DNA of 64,000 nt from Macrostomum lignano (GCA_002269645.1 NIVC01000023.1:1-64000); one strand, 5' to 3'; positions 1 to 9,758 are shown, numbered from the stretch's first letter. Notes: generated by a model from the letters alone, not told the origin. Made by a program: numbers and translations.

Positions 1-429
1 TTACTCAACATCTGACTTTACGTTGGTTGAACCGGTCGCGTTCCCATTTATCTGCTTCAGATACCGACATTCTCGTGCTATTTTTAATAGCACCGAAAAT
101 GAATTCCCCGCTCTCTTGGGATTTGTCCCGAGCTCAATAGGTATTGTATTGGAGTGATTCTTTCTTTTTTCTCCCATTTAAATCCTATTTTCCAAAACTC
201 TTGAAGTATAATATGATTTTTTAATAACTTAATTAATTCTTGAAGCTTCTTATTATCCTGAACATTTACAGTACTAAATAAAATTTGGTATGAGATTTGA
301 ATGTTTTTATATTTGATTCTTGTTTAGGAATAGGAATAATAACATTATTTTGCCGCATCGATGGGGATTCTACTAAAAAGCCATTTTATATAGAAATATT
401 TTTATATATAAATATATAAATATTTTTAT

Positions 430-2468
430 TTGAGTAGGAGGTTTTTCCAAATAAGCAGTAGAGGGAAAAACATAACCAAACGACGTACTACCACATACAA
501 CTGCACCACGAATAAAATGTGCAGCATCCGCTCCACCAGTTCGAGCACCAAAAACCCAATAAGGGTCCAGATTTATCTAAAGTTCCCCAAGTTCCACTAT
601 CATATGTGAAAACGTTCTGTCAATGAGGGTAAAGAATCACCAGCAACATTGTATGACTGTAATCGGTACCAAACCCTTTGATTTAAAATATTAATTCAAA
701 TAAATGCCAATCGCCGTTATCAATATTAGCATAGGCTACAGTTTGATCCGCATCACTACTAACATCGTTACGAACCGTAGATCCGTCTGATTTTTTATTA
801 CTCCAAAACAACTCCAAACCTATCATGCCACTCACTGCAAAAACTATCAATCCGGCGTCGGTTGTTAATCCAGTCCCACCTTCCATGTTGGACGTTCGTG
901 ACAATATGCATAAAACCAAACCGCATCTGCACCAGTTCCTGTAGAATTAGCAACTCGGAAAAAGAAAGACGCAGATATATTTTGAAAATGTGTGAAATTG
1001 AATTGTAAAGCACCACTGACCCCACCAGTTTCACGAGTAATTCTAGCTCCGTTTTGATAATCGATATAAGAAGCGTCCCAATTAAAGAACCGACTGGATA
1101 TATATCTCCGGCGGTTGTTGGATTTTGATATCCAGACCAATTGCAAATTACTGGTTCGAACAAGGCCGCATCAATAGCAGGTATTCCATCCAATTTATTT
1201 TTATCGCTTCCAGACATTCTACCATTTGATGTTGGAGTAGCTAGCTGATCTACGTACGCTCGCGGAACTGCAGAAAGTATTTGAGTTGGCCAATTAAGAT
1301 CTTGAATTTCAACACGGTGTTCAAATAATTGTATTTGACGAACCTCGATAGGTTGTGTACCGGTACCACCAGTTGGGAAGAATACGCTATAATATTTCCA
1401 AAAATTAGTCGTTAAATTAGATAGAGCAAATGATGTTGCTTGAACTGGTGATCCCGACGTAGTTAATGTCGTCCATGAATCGGTAGCAACATTTTTTGCG
1501 CGAACCGACCACCCCGAGGGTATCTCAATTGTTTCACTGCCTGTAATTCTTAATTCAAATATTCTTCTATTATAACCTAAAAATTCAAATTGAATTTCCA
1601 TATTGGTTGTGGTTCCGGTATTTGGTGACCATTGTGTCGCAAGGCTTCCATCTCCAACTCGAAAAGCTGTGTTGCCATTTTCAGATGCTGTAAGAACAAC
1701 ATCAGGATTTGAAGTATTTGATGTAAGCGGCGTGGTAAAAATATCGGCGTCGGTTGCATTAGCTCGCTCGTTTACTTGGCCTAGAGTTATCGAGTCTGCG
1801 TTCTCTGTTCCAAATAATAAATTTGTTAATTTAAAATTATTCATATTAATATTTACCACTACGAGTGGCAACTTGATTATCGACATAGTTCTTATCAACC
1901 ACTGAATCACTAGTTGTAATTGAAACATTTATAATTCGGTTGTTGCTCATATCTAGGTTTCCGGTTGCGGTGGTTTGAACATAACGTGAATCAGAATCAG
2001 TTCGAGAATAAGAATCAGTTACATCTCTTTTTAAATTTAATCCATTATCAACTTCGGTTTTGGTATAAGAATCGGCTACGTTCCGTTTCAAATTTAATGA
2101 ATTATCAACTTCGGTTTTGGTATAAGAATCGGCCACGTTCCGTTTCAAATTTAATGAATTATCAACTCTGTTTTGGTATAAGAATCGGCTGTATTGCGTT
2201 TTAAATTTAATGAATTATCAACTTCGGTTTTGGTATAGGAATCGGCTACGTTCCGTTTCAGATTTAGTGAATCATCTATTTGAGTTTTGGTATAGGAATC
2301 TGCAACATTTCTTTTTAAATTTAGTTTAGTATCAACTTCACTTTTTTTATAACCTTCATCTTCATTAATATATCGATTATCTCCAAATGTAACACTTATT
2401 CCACCAGATGTGCCACCACCACCACTACTTGTTGTTCCGTTCCATGAGGGTGTTCCAGAAAATAACAT
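430..2468 (-). pseudogene. Fibre/adhesin-like protein (20-aa stalk repeats, discoidin-like domain, phage tail-fibre motif, L-type lectin-like domain), frameshifted
   Basis: Fragments 2151-2468, 1846-2148, 798-1928, 865-1146, 683-919 and ~430-600 join into one protein. Motifs: LNLKRNVADSYTKTEVDNS repeats; NLDMSNNRIINV..VDKNYVD; AFRVGDGSLATQW..IEVRQIQLFE; NGRMSGSDKNKLDGI; FFFRVANSTGTGADAVWF and, after a 1-nt correction, LLGFGARTGGADAAHFIR. At least five frameshifts. The 3' end is approximate. Confidence 0.7.
2030..2340. repeat. 60-bp coding tandem repeat (~5 copies) in the fibre gene
   Basis: Unit tttaaatttaatgaattatcaacttcggttttggtataagaatcggctacgttccgtttc. One copy lacks a base, causing the frameshift at ~2150. 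Confidence 0.9.
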
Positions 2469-2478
2469 TTTTTACTGT

Positions 2479-2919
2479 CTATTTTATAGAGTCTAAAATA
2501 TTCTTAAATACTTCGGGGTTTACACGAGCTTCATTCGAAAGTCGATATAAAAAATACAACGCCGCTTGCCCGCAATAACTTTTATCAAATGTTTGAAATT
2601 GTTCGTGATGATCTCCACATAAACGATTTTTAGTATGATTAAATTTGTCTTTTATTTCCTGTAACGGAGGAAGCGCGTATGAATCAAAAAAATAAACAAG
2701 TTTAGGTTTGGAATAACTTGCCGACCAATGAACACCATTTTCTTTTGTTGTTTCAATATTAACAATGAAAGATCCATATTGTGGTAAGTCTTTGATCTCA
2801 TCTCGCATAACACATCTGAATGGTTTTATTTTTAACTGCCTCGCCCAATTTGTTAATTCGATATTGCTTGTTGTGTCCGTTCCATATCTTTGTTTAAAAT
2901 CATCCCACGTCATGGTCAT
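2479..2919 (-). CDS. Adenain-like cysteine protease (Polinton PRO)
   Basis: Intact 146-aa ORF with catalytic H-D-Q-C order: GVHWSA, YFFDSY, QFQTFDKSYCG. Confidence 0.9.
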   Translation of the reverse strand: MTMTWDDFKQRYGTDTTSNIELTNWARQLKIKPFRCVMRDEIKDLPQYGSFIVNIETTKENGVHWSASYSKPKLVYFFDSYALPPLQEIKDKFNHTKNRLCGDHHEQFQTFDKSYCGQAALYFLYRLSNEARVNPEVFKNILDSIK

Positions 2920-2920
2920 T

Positions 2921-3124
2921 TTATGTTCCTGAAAAACTCTTGGTTTTAGTTAGTTTCGTAGGTGTGGGTTTTAACAATTCCTTTCTTATTTTATCAGCTT
3001 GTAACTGCCTTAATTTTGCTAGTTCTAGTTCGTAATTATCTTCAGCTTTTTTAACTTTTTCTGATTGTTTTTTTATTAAATTATTATTATCGTGCTTTGG
3101 CGAACATGTTGTTCGATTACCCAT
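2921..3124 (-). CDS. Small basic coiled-coil hypothetical protein (67 aa)
   Basis: TAAAAATG start, abuts the protease gene, heptad-like EDNYELELAKLRQLQADKIRKEL. Confidence 0.55.
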   Translation of the reverse strand: MGNRTTCSPKHDNNNLIKKQSEKVKKAEDNYELELAKLRQLQADKIRKELLKPTPTKLTKTKSFSGT

Positions 3125-3134
3125 TTTTACAGTA

Positions 3135-3920
3135 CTAAACCTGTTTTATACGTAAAATCACTGTTATTGACTGCCCACCAAAACTTATTAATCTATCGCT
3201 TTCATCTACAATCCTAATATAAATTGATTGAACATTATATTGATTTAATGGGTAATATATTGGGGTTTGAGGTGAAACAATCATTTTCTCTCCAATTGGA
3301 ACAGCAAGAAATGGGATTGAATAAATAATTCCACGTTGAACCAAAACTCCATTATTATCTGTTATATAACCACCGTTTGAAATGTCGGTTGTTATATTAA
3401 TTGTATTAACTCCACCCTCAATATTTCCCACTGTATCTCCGGTGCTTGATGTGGTAACTATTCGGGAATTAAATCCAAGTATGGTTCTGAGTGAATTTGC
3501 AATTGTGAAATCAACCTGATATCCGGATCCTAGTGATAGTGTGAATCTGCCAGACGGTAAATCAACACCTATAACAATTGCTCCTGTTACCCAATCACCA
3601 TTAGTTGTTAATTCTCCTTCTATATAAGCATTCAAATCAGTATAGCTATACGCTCCTGGGTTAATGCTAAATGTTGTCCAATTGGCTCCGGAATCTTTAG
3701 AATATCTAAATTGATTATTTGTTGCATTAATTAATTGAGGCATGTTGAAAACCGAAAATAGTATTAAACCTATTTGATAACTTAGGCTTTGATCAAGTTG
3801 TAATGGATCGCGCAATTGAATCCGTTGCTCGCTGGTTGTCATTATAAACTGTAATGTTGTACTAAATTTTGAATTAGTTCGATCTACCAATTGTTTTATA
3901 GTATCTAAATTTGTAGCCAT
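3135..3920 (-). CDS. Minor capsid protein (penton, single jelly roll)
   Basis: Beta-rich ORF (YQIGLILFSVFN, FSINPGAYSYTDLN, SLRTILGF, NTINITTDI, PIYYPL..IYIRIVDESDRLISFGG) resembling Polinton mCP. True start is the TAAAAATG at 3920, not 3968. Confidence 0.8.
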   Translation of the reverse strand: MATNLDTIKQLVDRTNSKFSTTLQFIMTTSEQRIQLRDPLQLDQSLSYQIGLILFSVFNMPQLINATNNQFRYSKDSGANWTTFSINPGAYSYTDLNAYIEGELTTNGDWVTGAIVIGVDLPSGRFTLSLGSGYQVDFTIANSLRTILGFNSRIVTTSSTGDTVGNIEGGVNTINITTDISNGGYITDNNGVLVQRGIIYSIPFLAVPIGEKMIVSPQTPIYYPLNQYNVQSIYIRIVDESDRLISFGGQSITVILRIKQV

Positions 3921-3964
3921 TTTTATAGTGGAAGAATCGGACGAAGTCCGCGTGCTATGCACGA

Positions 3965-4754
3965 TCATTCTTCTTCCTCATTATCTTCTTTTATCAAATT
4001 TGTTAAAATTCTATGTTTCCTTTCTAACCTCGGATTGATATAAATATGTTTGTATTGGCTATCATCCCAAATTTTTTTACACATACTTTTAAATGGTTTT
4101 GCATCCAACCCGGGATTAAATCTAGCGTGTATATTTTGTAAATCATAATTATCTAAATCAAACATTACACAACAACTTGCATTCTTTTTTATAATCGATT
4201 CTAATTCTCTAAAGGACTGTGTTAGATAAAAAGCTCCAATTCCATCTCCTCTACCACTAACAAAAATTTCCTTTTGCAATTCTTGATCGCCGTCATTAAT
4301 ACAATCATCAAATATAATTAGTGTTTTATCATTTTTTGGAATTTTGTCATAGTAATCGGTTTGATATTGTAATTGTTGGGGCTCGATCGGACGAAGTCCG
4401 CGACCCTTCGGGGCGATCGGTGATGTTTTCTGGCTGTTGTGCCATTGTTTTACATAAATCCTCAATGTCTGCTAGATTAAATCGCGGTTCGTCATCATCC
4501 TCATATTGCTCATATGCTCTTAACATTCTAAACAAGACATCTTTTTTTAATTTGTTTTTTAATCCATGTTTAAGAAATTCATAATATTTTATTCTAGGTT
4601 TATTAGTATAAATTATTAAATTATTATAGTCTAACATTCCATCTGTTGTTAATAAATCGTAAACAAAGTGTGTTTTTCCTTTACCTGATCCTCCGATTAC
4701 TAAACAAAGAAAAGGATCGTTTGGAAATATCTTATCGTGTTTTGCCTTTACCAT
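3965..4754 (-). pseudogene. A32/FtsK-like DNA packaging ATPase, one frameshift
   Basis: Walker A GGSGKGKT in 4347-4754; Walker B LIIFDD, YLTQS and IKKNA in 3965-4465. The frame switch lies near 4350. Confidence 0.88.
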
Positions 4755-4803
4755 TTTTAAAGAAATAATTTAAATAGGTGCGACGGTCGGAGACCTGCGC
4801 CGC

Positions 4804-6274
4804 TTACAGCGGGGCGTCCCGAACAATCGTGCCATCAGCTTTAGCAATTGACATATATTCCTCTAGAAACAATACGTGGGCGTCAAGTGCCTGATTACCA
4901 GTTTTATTAATCTCTAACATATAATTAAGTCCAATATTGGCTACGTTTTCTTTCTGTGCCGTTAGATCATAAACAACCACTGGATGAATGTTTAGAAACT
5001 CTGTGGGTGTGTACTGAGGGACGGCATACGCTTCATTTTTAGCATAATCTTGATAATATTTTATAAAATCATTAACATCATTATTTGCAATATTTAGATT
5101 AAGAGGATCTTTAACCGGATAATATTGATCATCAACCTGCAGGCGGATATTCTGAACATTAAACTCGTTAATAGCTGCAGCCGCATTGTCTGTTGCGGTG
5201 GCTGCTTGTTCTGCTATGGCACCCGATTGAAGCCAATATAAATCCCCATTTGCTCTTTTACTCCTTCTGTTTGTTATTTAAACCAAACAAAAATATATCT
5301 CACCCGACGTTTTGATGTCAGTATTTGCCACTGGAATGAATCCTGATTGTTATTAATGGTTCGCATAAAGTGTCTACGATTCAAATAAAATATTTCCTGA
5401 TCATGCGTTAACTGATTATCATGTGTTTTAAAAGTGGGGCTGTTACCTCAATAGTTGGTACGACTAATTGAATTGAATCTATACGAACTGCTATATCGGT
5501 TGAAATTGAGGTTCCATAAAGTATCCTAGGCTGATATCCACCAGATATTTGCAACTGTATCCCAAATTTTAATCCTTTCCATACCCGATTTGGTGAGAAA
5601 AACCCAAATAGTGGAAAGATTGAAAAGTCCTGCTCATATGCTGTTGCTGTGGTTAAAACCGCGACTGGGAATTTATTCTGACGATCTATAAAACCAGTAT
5701 TAATATCTTTTGTATTAGTCATAGTGGTTACAACTGGAACTATGTTTGTATTAAGGTAAACAATTAGCGCTGCAGTATCTGCACCGGCTGCGTTTTGTAC
5801 ATTAGGGAAAACTACTGCTTGACCGTTACCTTTATCCGGCATCCACCCAACATTATCACCAACTTGTTTTGATAAATAAGTATAATTTAAATGTTTCAAA
5901 ACTCCATTAATCTCTGCGGGGTTTGATGATGTCTCAACCTCAGCACCATTAACAGTTAGTTGAGCTTGGGAAAAACATTTATAAAACCAATCATTTTCTA
6001 TTATTATTCCGGATCGATCTGCGATATCTCCGGCTGCAAGAGCAGTTCCATCATTTCTAGTATACAACCATCTAACGCGGAAAAACGCATTTTTCATATC
6101 CAATATAGTGTTGGTTGCGCCGATGTCAAAAGTTACCGTTCCAGTAGTAAAGTTATTTGAATTATCACTTGTTGGTAGGGTATAATTTAAATCTCTTGCT
6201 CTGACCTCATTAATATACTGTCGGTGCTTTTTGAAATGAAATTTATCACTCCACATAGTTTTTGTTTCAGCCAT
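4804..6274 (-). pseudogene. Major capsid protein (double jelly roll), frameshift plus nonsense codon
   Basis: ORF 5408-6274 continues after a 1-nt loss in an A-run (~5427) as QLTHDQEIFYLNRRHF..QWQI..RYIFVWFK*..VQNIRLQVDDQYYP..PVVVYDLT, ending at TAA 4804-4806. Internal TAA at 5274-5276. The reconstructed protein is ~490 aa. Confidence 0.8.
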
Positions 6275-6308
6275 TTTTTTGAGTTAAAAAAGTTTTTTAT
6301 GTTAAAAA

Positions 6309-6983
6309 ATGAGTCAATTTATGGACGTTGATGGAGAGTTAGCGATTTATAAAGAGAAGCAAAGATATTCTGATTTTGTTAGAAATTTACAAAAAAGAAA
6401 GTTAGGAATACAATTAGCGGGTGAAAGATTTGCTGCTCCTTTTGTTAATCCTATTACTGGGAAAATTAGTGAACTAGAAAAAACAGATAAAGATCTTCTG
6501 GAAAAAATTGCTAAAAATACGGAGCCAAAAGAGGATGAAATTTTGGATGAGCCGCCAGCTTATGATGTTGATCAAGCTCAATTGAGAGTTGCAGAGATTA
6601 GACGTGCAGAGCGGGGCGATCGGGAACAATATCCAAGAGTACCAGCTAGTATTGCTGCGACAGATTTAGGTAATAATAATTATCGAATTGGTGGAGTTGA
6701 TAAAAATCGAAATGAACTATATAGAGAATTGGGTGGAGCATTTAATATTATTACGAACCCTAGGGTAAAATTTAACCCTGATTTATATACTAGAGATGAA
6801 TTAGTAAGTGCTAAAATTTTTTACGATGAGTTAGGAGGTGGGGGTGTTAAAAATACCAGCTTGTATAAAAGGATTGTTAATTCTATAAATAACAAACCGG
6901 CTGTTGGAGAAGGATTTAAAACTCCTAGAAAACTTGTTTTAGCTGCCGCGAAAGCTGCTGGACATACAGGAATCGCCCCGTAG
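6309..6983 (+). CDS. Hypothetical Polinton protein (possible core/structural protein), 224 aa
   Basis: Intact ORF divergent from MCP with an A-run ATG. No domain recognised. Confidence 0.7.
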   Translation: MSQFMDVDGELAIYKEKQRYSDFVRNLQKRKLGIQLAGERFAAPFVNPITGKISELEKTDKDLLEKIAKNTEPKEDEILDEPPAYDVDQAQLRVAEIRRAERGDREQYPRVPASIAATDLGNNNYRIGGVDKNRNELYRELGGAFNIITNPRVKFNPDLYTRDELVSAKIFYDELGGGGVKNTSLYKRIVNSINNKPAVGEGFKTPRKLVLAAAKAAGHTGIAP

Positions 6984-7035
6984 GGTCGCGAACCAAAGGT
7001 TCGATTAATTAATTGTTAAATTTATTTTTTATAAA

Positions 7036-7605
7036 ATGGAAACTAATAAGATTTGTACTAAGTGTAAACAAGAAAAACCGATGACGAAAGAATTTTATTT
7101 TTGGAGAAATGATTCAAAAAAAATTAGAAATGATTGTCGATCTTGTCATAATACCTCATCTGCTATTTGGATAAAAAACAATAAAGCTAAATGGAATGAA
7201 TATAGAAAAAATAAGTATCACACTGATGATAATTACAAACATATTGTTTTAATTAGAAATAGAATAAATTGGGCGTTGAAAAATTTTAATGACAAGGACT
7301 ATATCTCATATCTTGGTTGCACAAAAGAATTCTTTTTTGATTGGTTAAATTTCACAAGAAATTATTATGTATCAAAAGATTATACTGGAAAGTTAGATAT
7401 TGATCATTTCATCCCCGCTTCTTCATTTAGTTACAAAGATGATGATCAGATGATAAGGTCTGAAAATTGGAGAAATAAAAGATACTTAACTAGCGTAGAT
7501 AATCGCTATAAAAAAGTTCAACAACCAACCATTGAAGAGTTTGCAAAACAATTGGCGCTATCATGTATTTTTATGGCTATTAAAAATGACCCAAATAGTA
7601 TTTGA
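7036..7605 (+). CDS. HNH-family endonuclease with N-terminal Zn finger
   Basis: CTKC..CRSC zinc finger, then IDHFIP..ENWRNKRYLTSVDNRYK, an HNH-type pattern seen in viral homing-type nucleases. Confidence 0.7.
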   Translation: METNKICTKCKQEKPMTKEFYFWRNDSKKIRNDCRSCHNTSSAIWIKNNKAKWNEYRKNKYHTDDNYKHIVLIRNRINWALKNFNDKDYISYLGCTKEFFFDWLNFTRNYYVSKDYTGKLDIDHFIPASSFSYKDDDQMIRSENWRNKRYLTSVDNRYKKVQQPTIEEFAKQLALSCIFMAIKNDPNSI

Positions 7606-9162
7606 AGGAGGATTTTTAGACTTACAAAAAGGATTAACAAGCTTACCACCAATCTTTACTACTGGTAAATATACAGGGGAACTACACCTACCATCAATGA
7701 ACTTCACAGGTTAACCCGTGGCCTGAGTGAGGAAGGCAATGTCCTTGCTAGTCACTATTTGTGGCGACATCTCCAAATTGCGTGAAACCCGTCATACAGC
7801 TTCAAGTACCACTTCAATTGAGAAATCTTTTGAAGGAACAGAGGTAACTCCTCTTCCCAAAGGTAACAAGCTTGAAGACACGGTGGCAATGCGCAGCCAA
7901 GCTCCTAAGTATTTTAAATATAAGGAGAAGGTTCAGAGAGCAGACGGAGATGGGCGGTAATTTAACCGCTTAAGGTGTGCTCCAGCCTCTTTCGAAAGAT
8001 TGAGGGTAAACTACCCGGCACTCGCTTAGATTTGAGATTAAATCCTGATGACACCCCAAAATCTGATTCAATTCCAATAAATGGGATTGATTGGTTAGCA
8101 TACTATCACGACTTAGCATATAGAGATGCTGACAAGAACCCGCCCGAGGAAGCATTAAGATTAAAACATGAAGCCGATCAAAAAATGATTCAAGGATTAG
8201 ATAACTTGCAGGGATTATCGGTAGGTCAAAAATTAACTAGGTGGATGGTTAAAAAGATCTTGCAGTCTAAAGTTAAATTTGGTTTAGGAATTAATTACAA
8301 CCAACATGGTAATAATTGTGTCGAATGTTTGTTATTAAGTGGTAGTGGGCTAAGTTATGATAAGGCTAAGGTTCTTCATAAAGAATATCGAAAACCTAAA
8401 TTTTATAGAAAAATCATGAACTTCAAAAAGAATGAAATTTGGTATGCTGATTTAATGTCGATGCCGAACGAAAGAGGATATAAATATATCTTAACCATAT
8501 TAGATGGTTTTACTCGATACGCGTGGGCTGTTCCTTTGAAATCCAAAAAAGGAGAGGATGTTGCTGCTGCTTTTAGAAGTCTTGGAGAAAAAAGCGAACG
8601 TTTGTGTGTTGACGAAGGAAAAGAATTTTACAATCCTCATATGTATAAATTATATCATTTTGAAAAAGGACAAGAAAGGAAAAAAGACGCGAATGGGGAG
8701 TATATTAATAAAATTTATTCTATTTATGGAGAGAGTAAAAACGCATTAATAGAAAGATTTAATAGAACTTTAGGTAAGAAATTATGGTTTCAGTTTAGTC
8801 TTAATGGTAACCAAAAATGGGTAAAAATATTACCAGACGTAGTGAAAGATTATAACAATTCATATCATTCGGCGATAAAGATGACTCCTCAACAAGCTTA
8901 TAACAATCCTGAAAACGTTAAAGTTACTTTTGGAAAATTTGAAAAAAATAAAAAGAAATCTTTTAAGGTTGGTGATTCTGTTTATATCTATAAATGGAAA
9001 GATAAGTTTGAAAAAGGAAGAAAAGGATATTGGAAGATAAGTGAGAAATTTACTATCAGTAAAGTTTTAAATACCAATCCTACAACCTATATAATTGCTG
9101 ATAAGGACGGTGAAGAAATATTGGGTTCGTTTTATGAGAACCAACTAATATCAGCGAACTAA
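7586..9162 (+). CDS. PLA2-like domain fused to rve (DDE) integrase; two exons 7586-7711 and 8014-9162 (424 aa)
   Basis: Splicing restores ELHLPSMNFTG|PGTRLDLRL..INGIDWLAYYHDLAY (parvovirus-VP1-type PLA2 motif). Integrase triad WYADL / LCVDEGKEF / LIERFNRTL and Polinton-type C-terminus YIIADKDGEEILGSFYENQL. Confidence 0.9.
7712..8013 (+). ncRNA. Group I self-splicing intron, subgroup IC1
   Basis: P1 CAGGU/GCCUG with U.G at the 5' splice site; P2.1 GUCAC/GUGGC; P3 CAUCUCC(7768-74)/GGAGAUG(7946-52); P4 UUGCGU/GCGCAG; P5a CUUCAAG/CUUGAAG; L5b GAAA; P6a with CCUAAG..UAAGG receptor; P7 G-A-GAGCA/UGCUCC; P8 GCGGU/ACCGC; P9 CCUC..GAAA..GAGG; P9.0 AG/CU. P/Q/R/S elements AAAUUGCGUGAAA, AAUGCGCAGC, GUUCAGAGAGCA, AAGGUGUGCUCC. 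Confidence 0.95.
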
Positions 9163-9172
9163 GTTCGAACAA

Positions 9173-9427
9173 TTACTTGAGACAACATGGTAGTAAATTT
9201 TTTATAACAAACAAAAACAATATTATTACTATAATTGTTACTAATATTATTATTGACATTTGTTCAACTGTTATCAAACTTAAATTTTCATTAAGTTCAT
9301 TAATCGGCACATTTCCGATGTAGGAATAATCGTGCAAAGCACGCGAACCATGGGTTCGATTTACCTTCATTTTTTTATATATATTTTTCACAATAAATGT
9401 CGTTTCTGTTATAGAATAATAGTTCAT
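9173..9427 (-). CDS. Small single-pass membrane protein (84 aa)
   Basis: C-terminal hydrophobic helix IIILVTIIVIILFLFVI followed by KNLLPCCLK; A-run ATG start. Confidence 0.6.
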   Translation of the reverse strand: MNYYSITETTFIVKNIYKKMKVNRTHGSRALHDYSYIGNVPINELNENLSLITVEQMSIIILVTIIVIILFLFVIKNLLPCCLK

Positions 9428-9443
9428 TTTTTAAATATTTTTT

Positions 9444-9758
9444 TCACATAAAAATTTCACTTTCATTCTCTGAATCACTGGTTTCATATGAACTATTTGT
9501 TGATTCGGAATCTGTTGATCTAACCTCCCAATCATCCGAATTTAAATAATCTCCAAGTTGAAATATTAACTCACCCTCTTGTTCTAAATCATACATCTCA
9601 TCTAGCTCTAATGGATAAAGTTTTAGGTCGTGCTTGTCGTCATATTTTAAATAAACTTCATCAATTATTCCATTCAAAATATGTTGTTTTATTATCTCTG
9701 CATTTTTAGCAACAGTCTCAAAAGTATCACTAACAGAAAAGGTGTAAACTCGGGTCAT
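9444..9758 (-). CDS. Acidic hypothetical protein (104 aa)
   Basis: Intact ORF, TAAAAATG start, D/E/S-rich tail. Confidence 0.6.
   Translation of the reverse strand: MTRVYTFSVSDTFETVAKNAEIIKQHILNGIIDEVYLKYDDKHDLKLYPLELDEMYDLEQEGELIFQLGDYLNSDDWEVRSTDSESTNSSYETSDSENESEIFM

Noticed and set aside
7727-7960. 77-aa ORF inside the intron, and the 7975 start given for the integrase ORF
   Set aside because: Both overlap conserved ribozyme helices, and the short ORF has no nuclease motif.
7710-8003. Spliceosomal GT-AG reading of the PLA2 intron (AG|GTTAAC ... GAG|GGT)
   Set aside because: The join creates an immediate stop (ACA GGG TAA), while the full IC1 fold explains the sequence.
8004-8013. Alternative group I 3' splice site at a G giving in-frame GKL-PGT
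   Set aside because: That G lies in the P9 stem, loses P9.0/P10 and inserts three residues into the conserved GPG loop.
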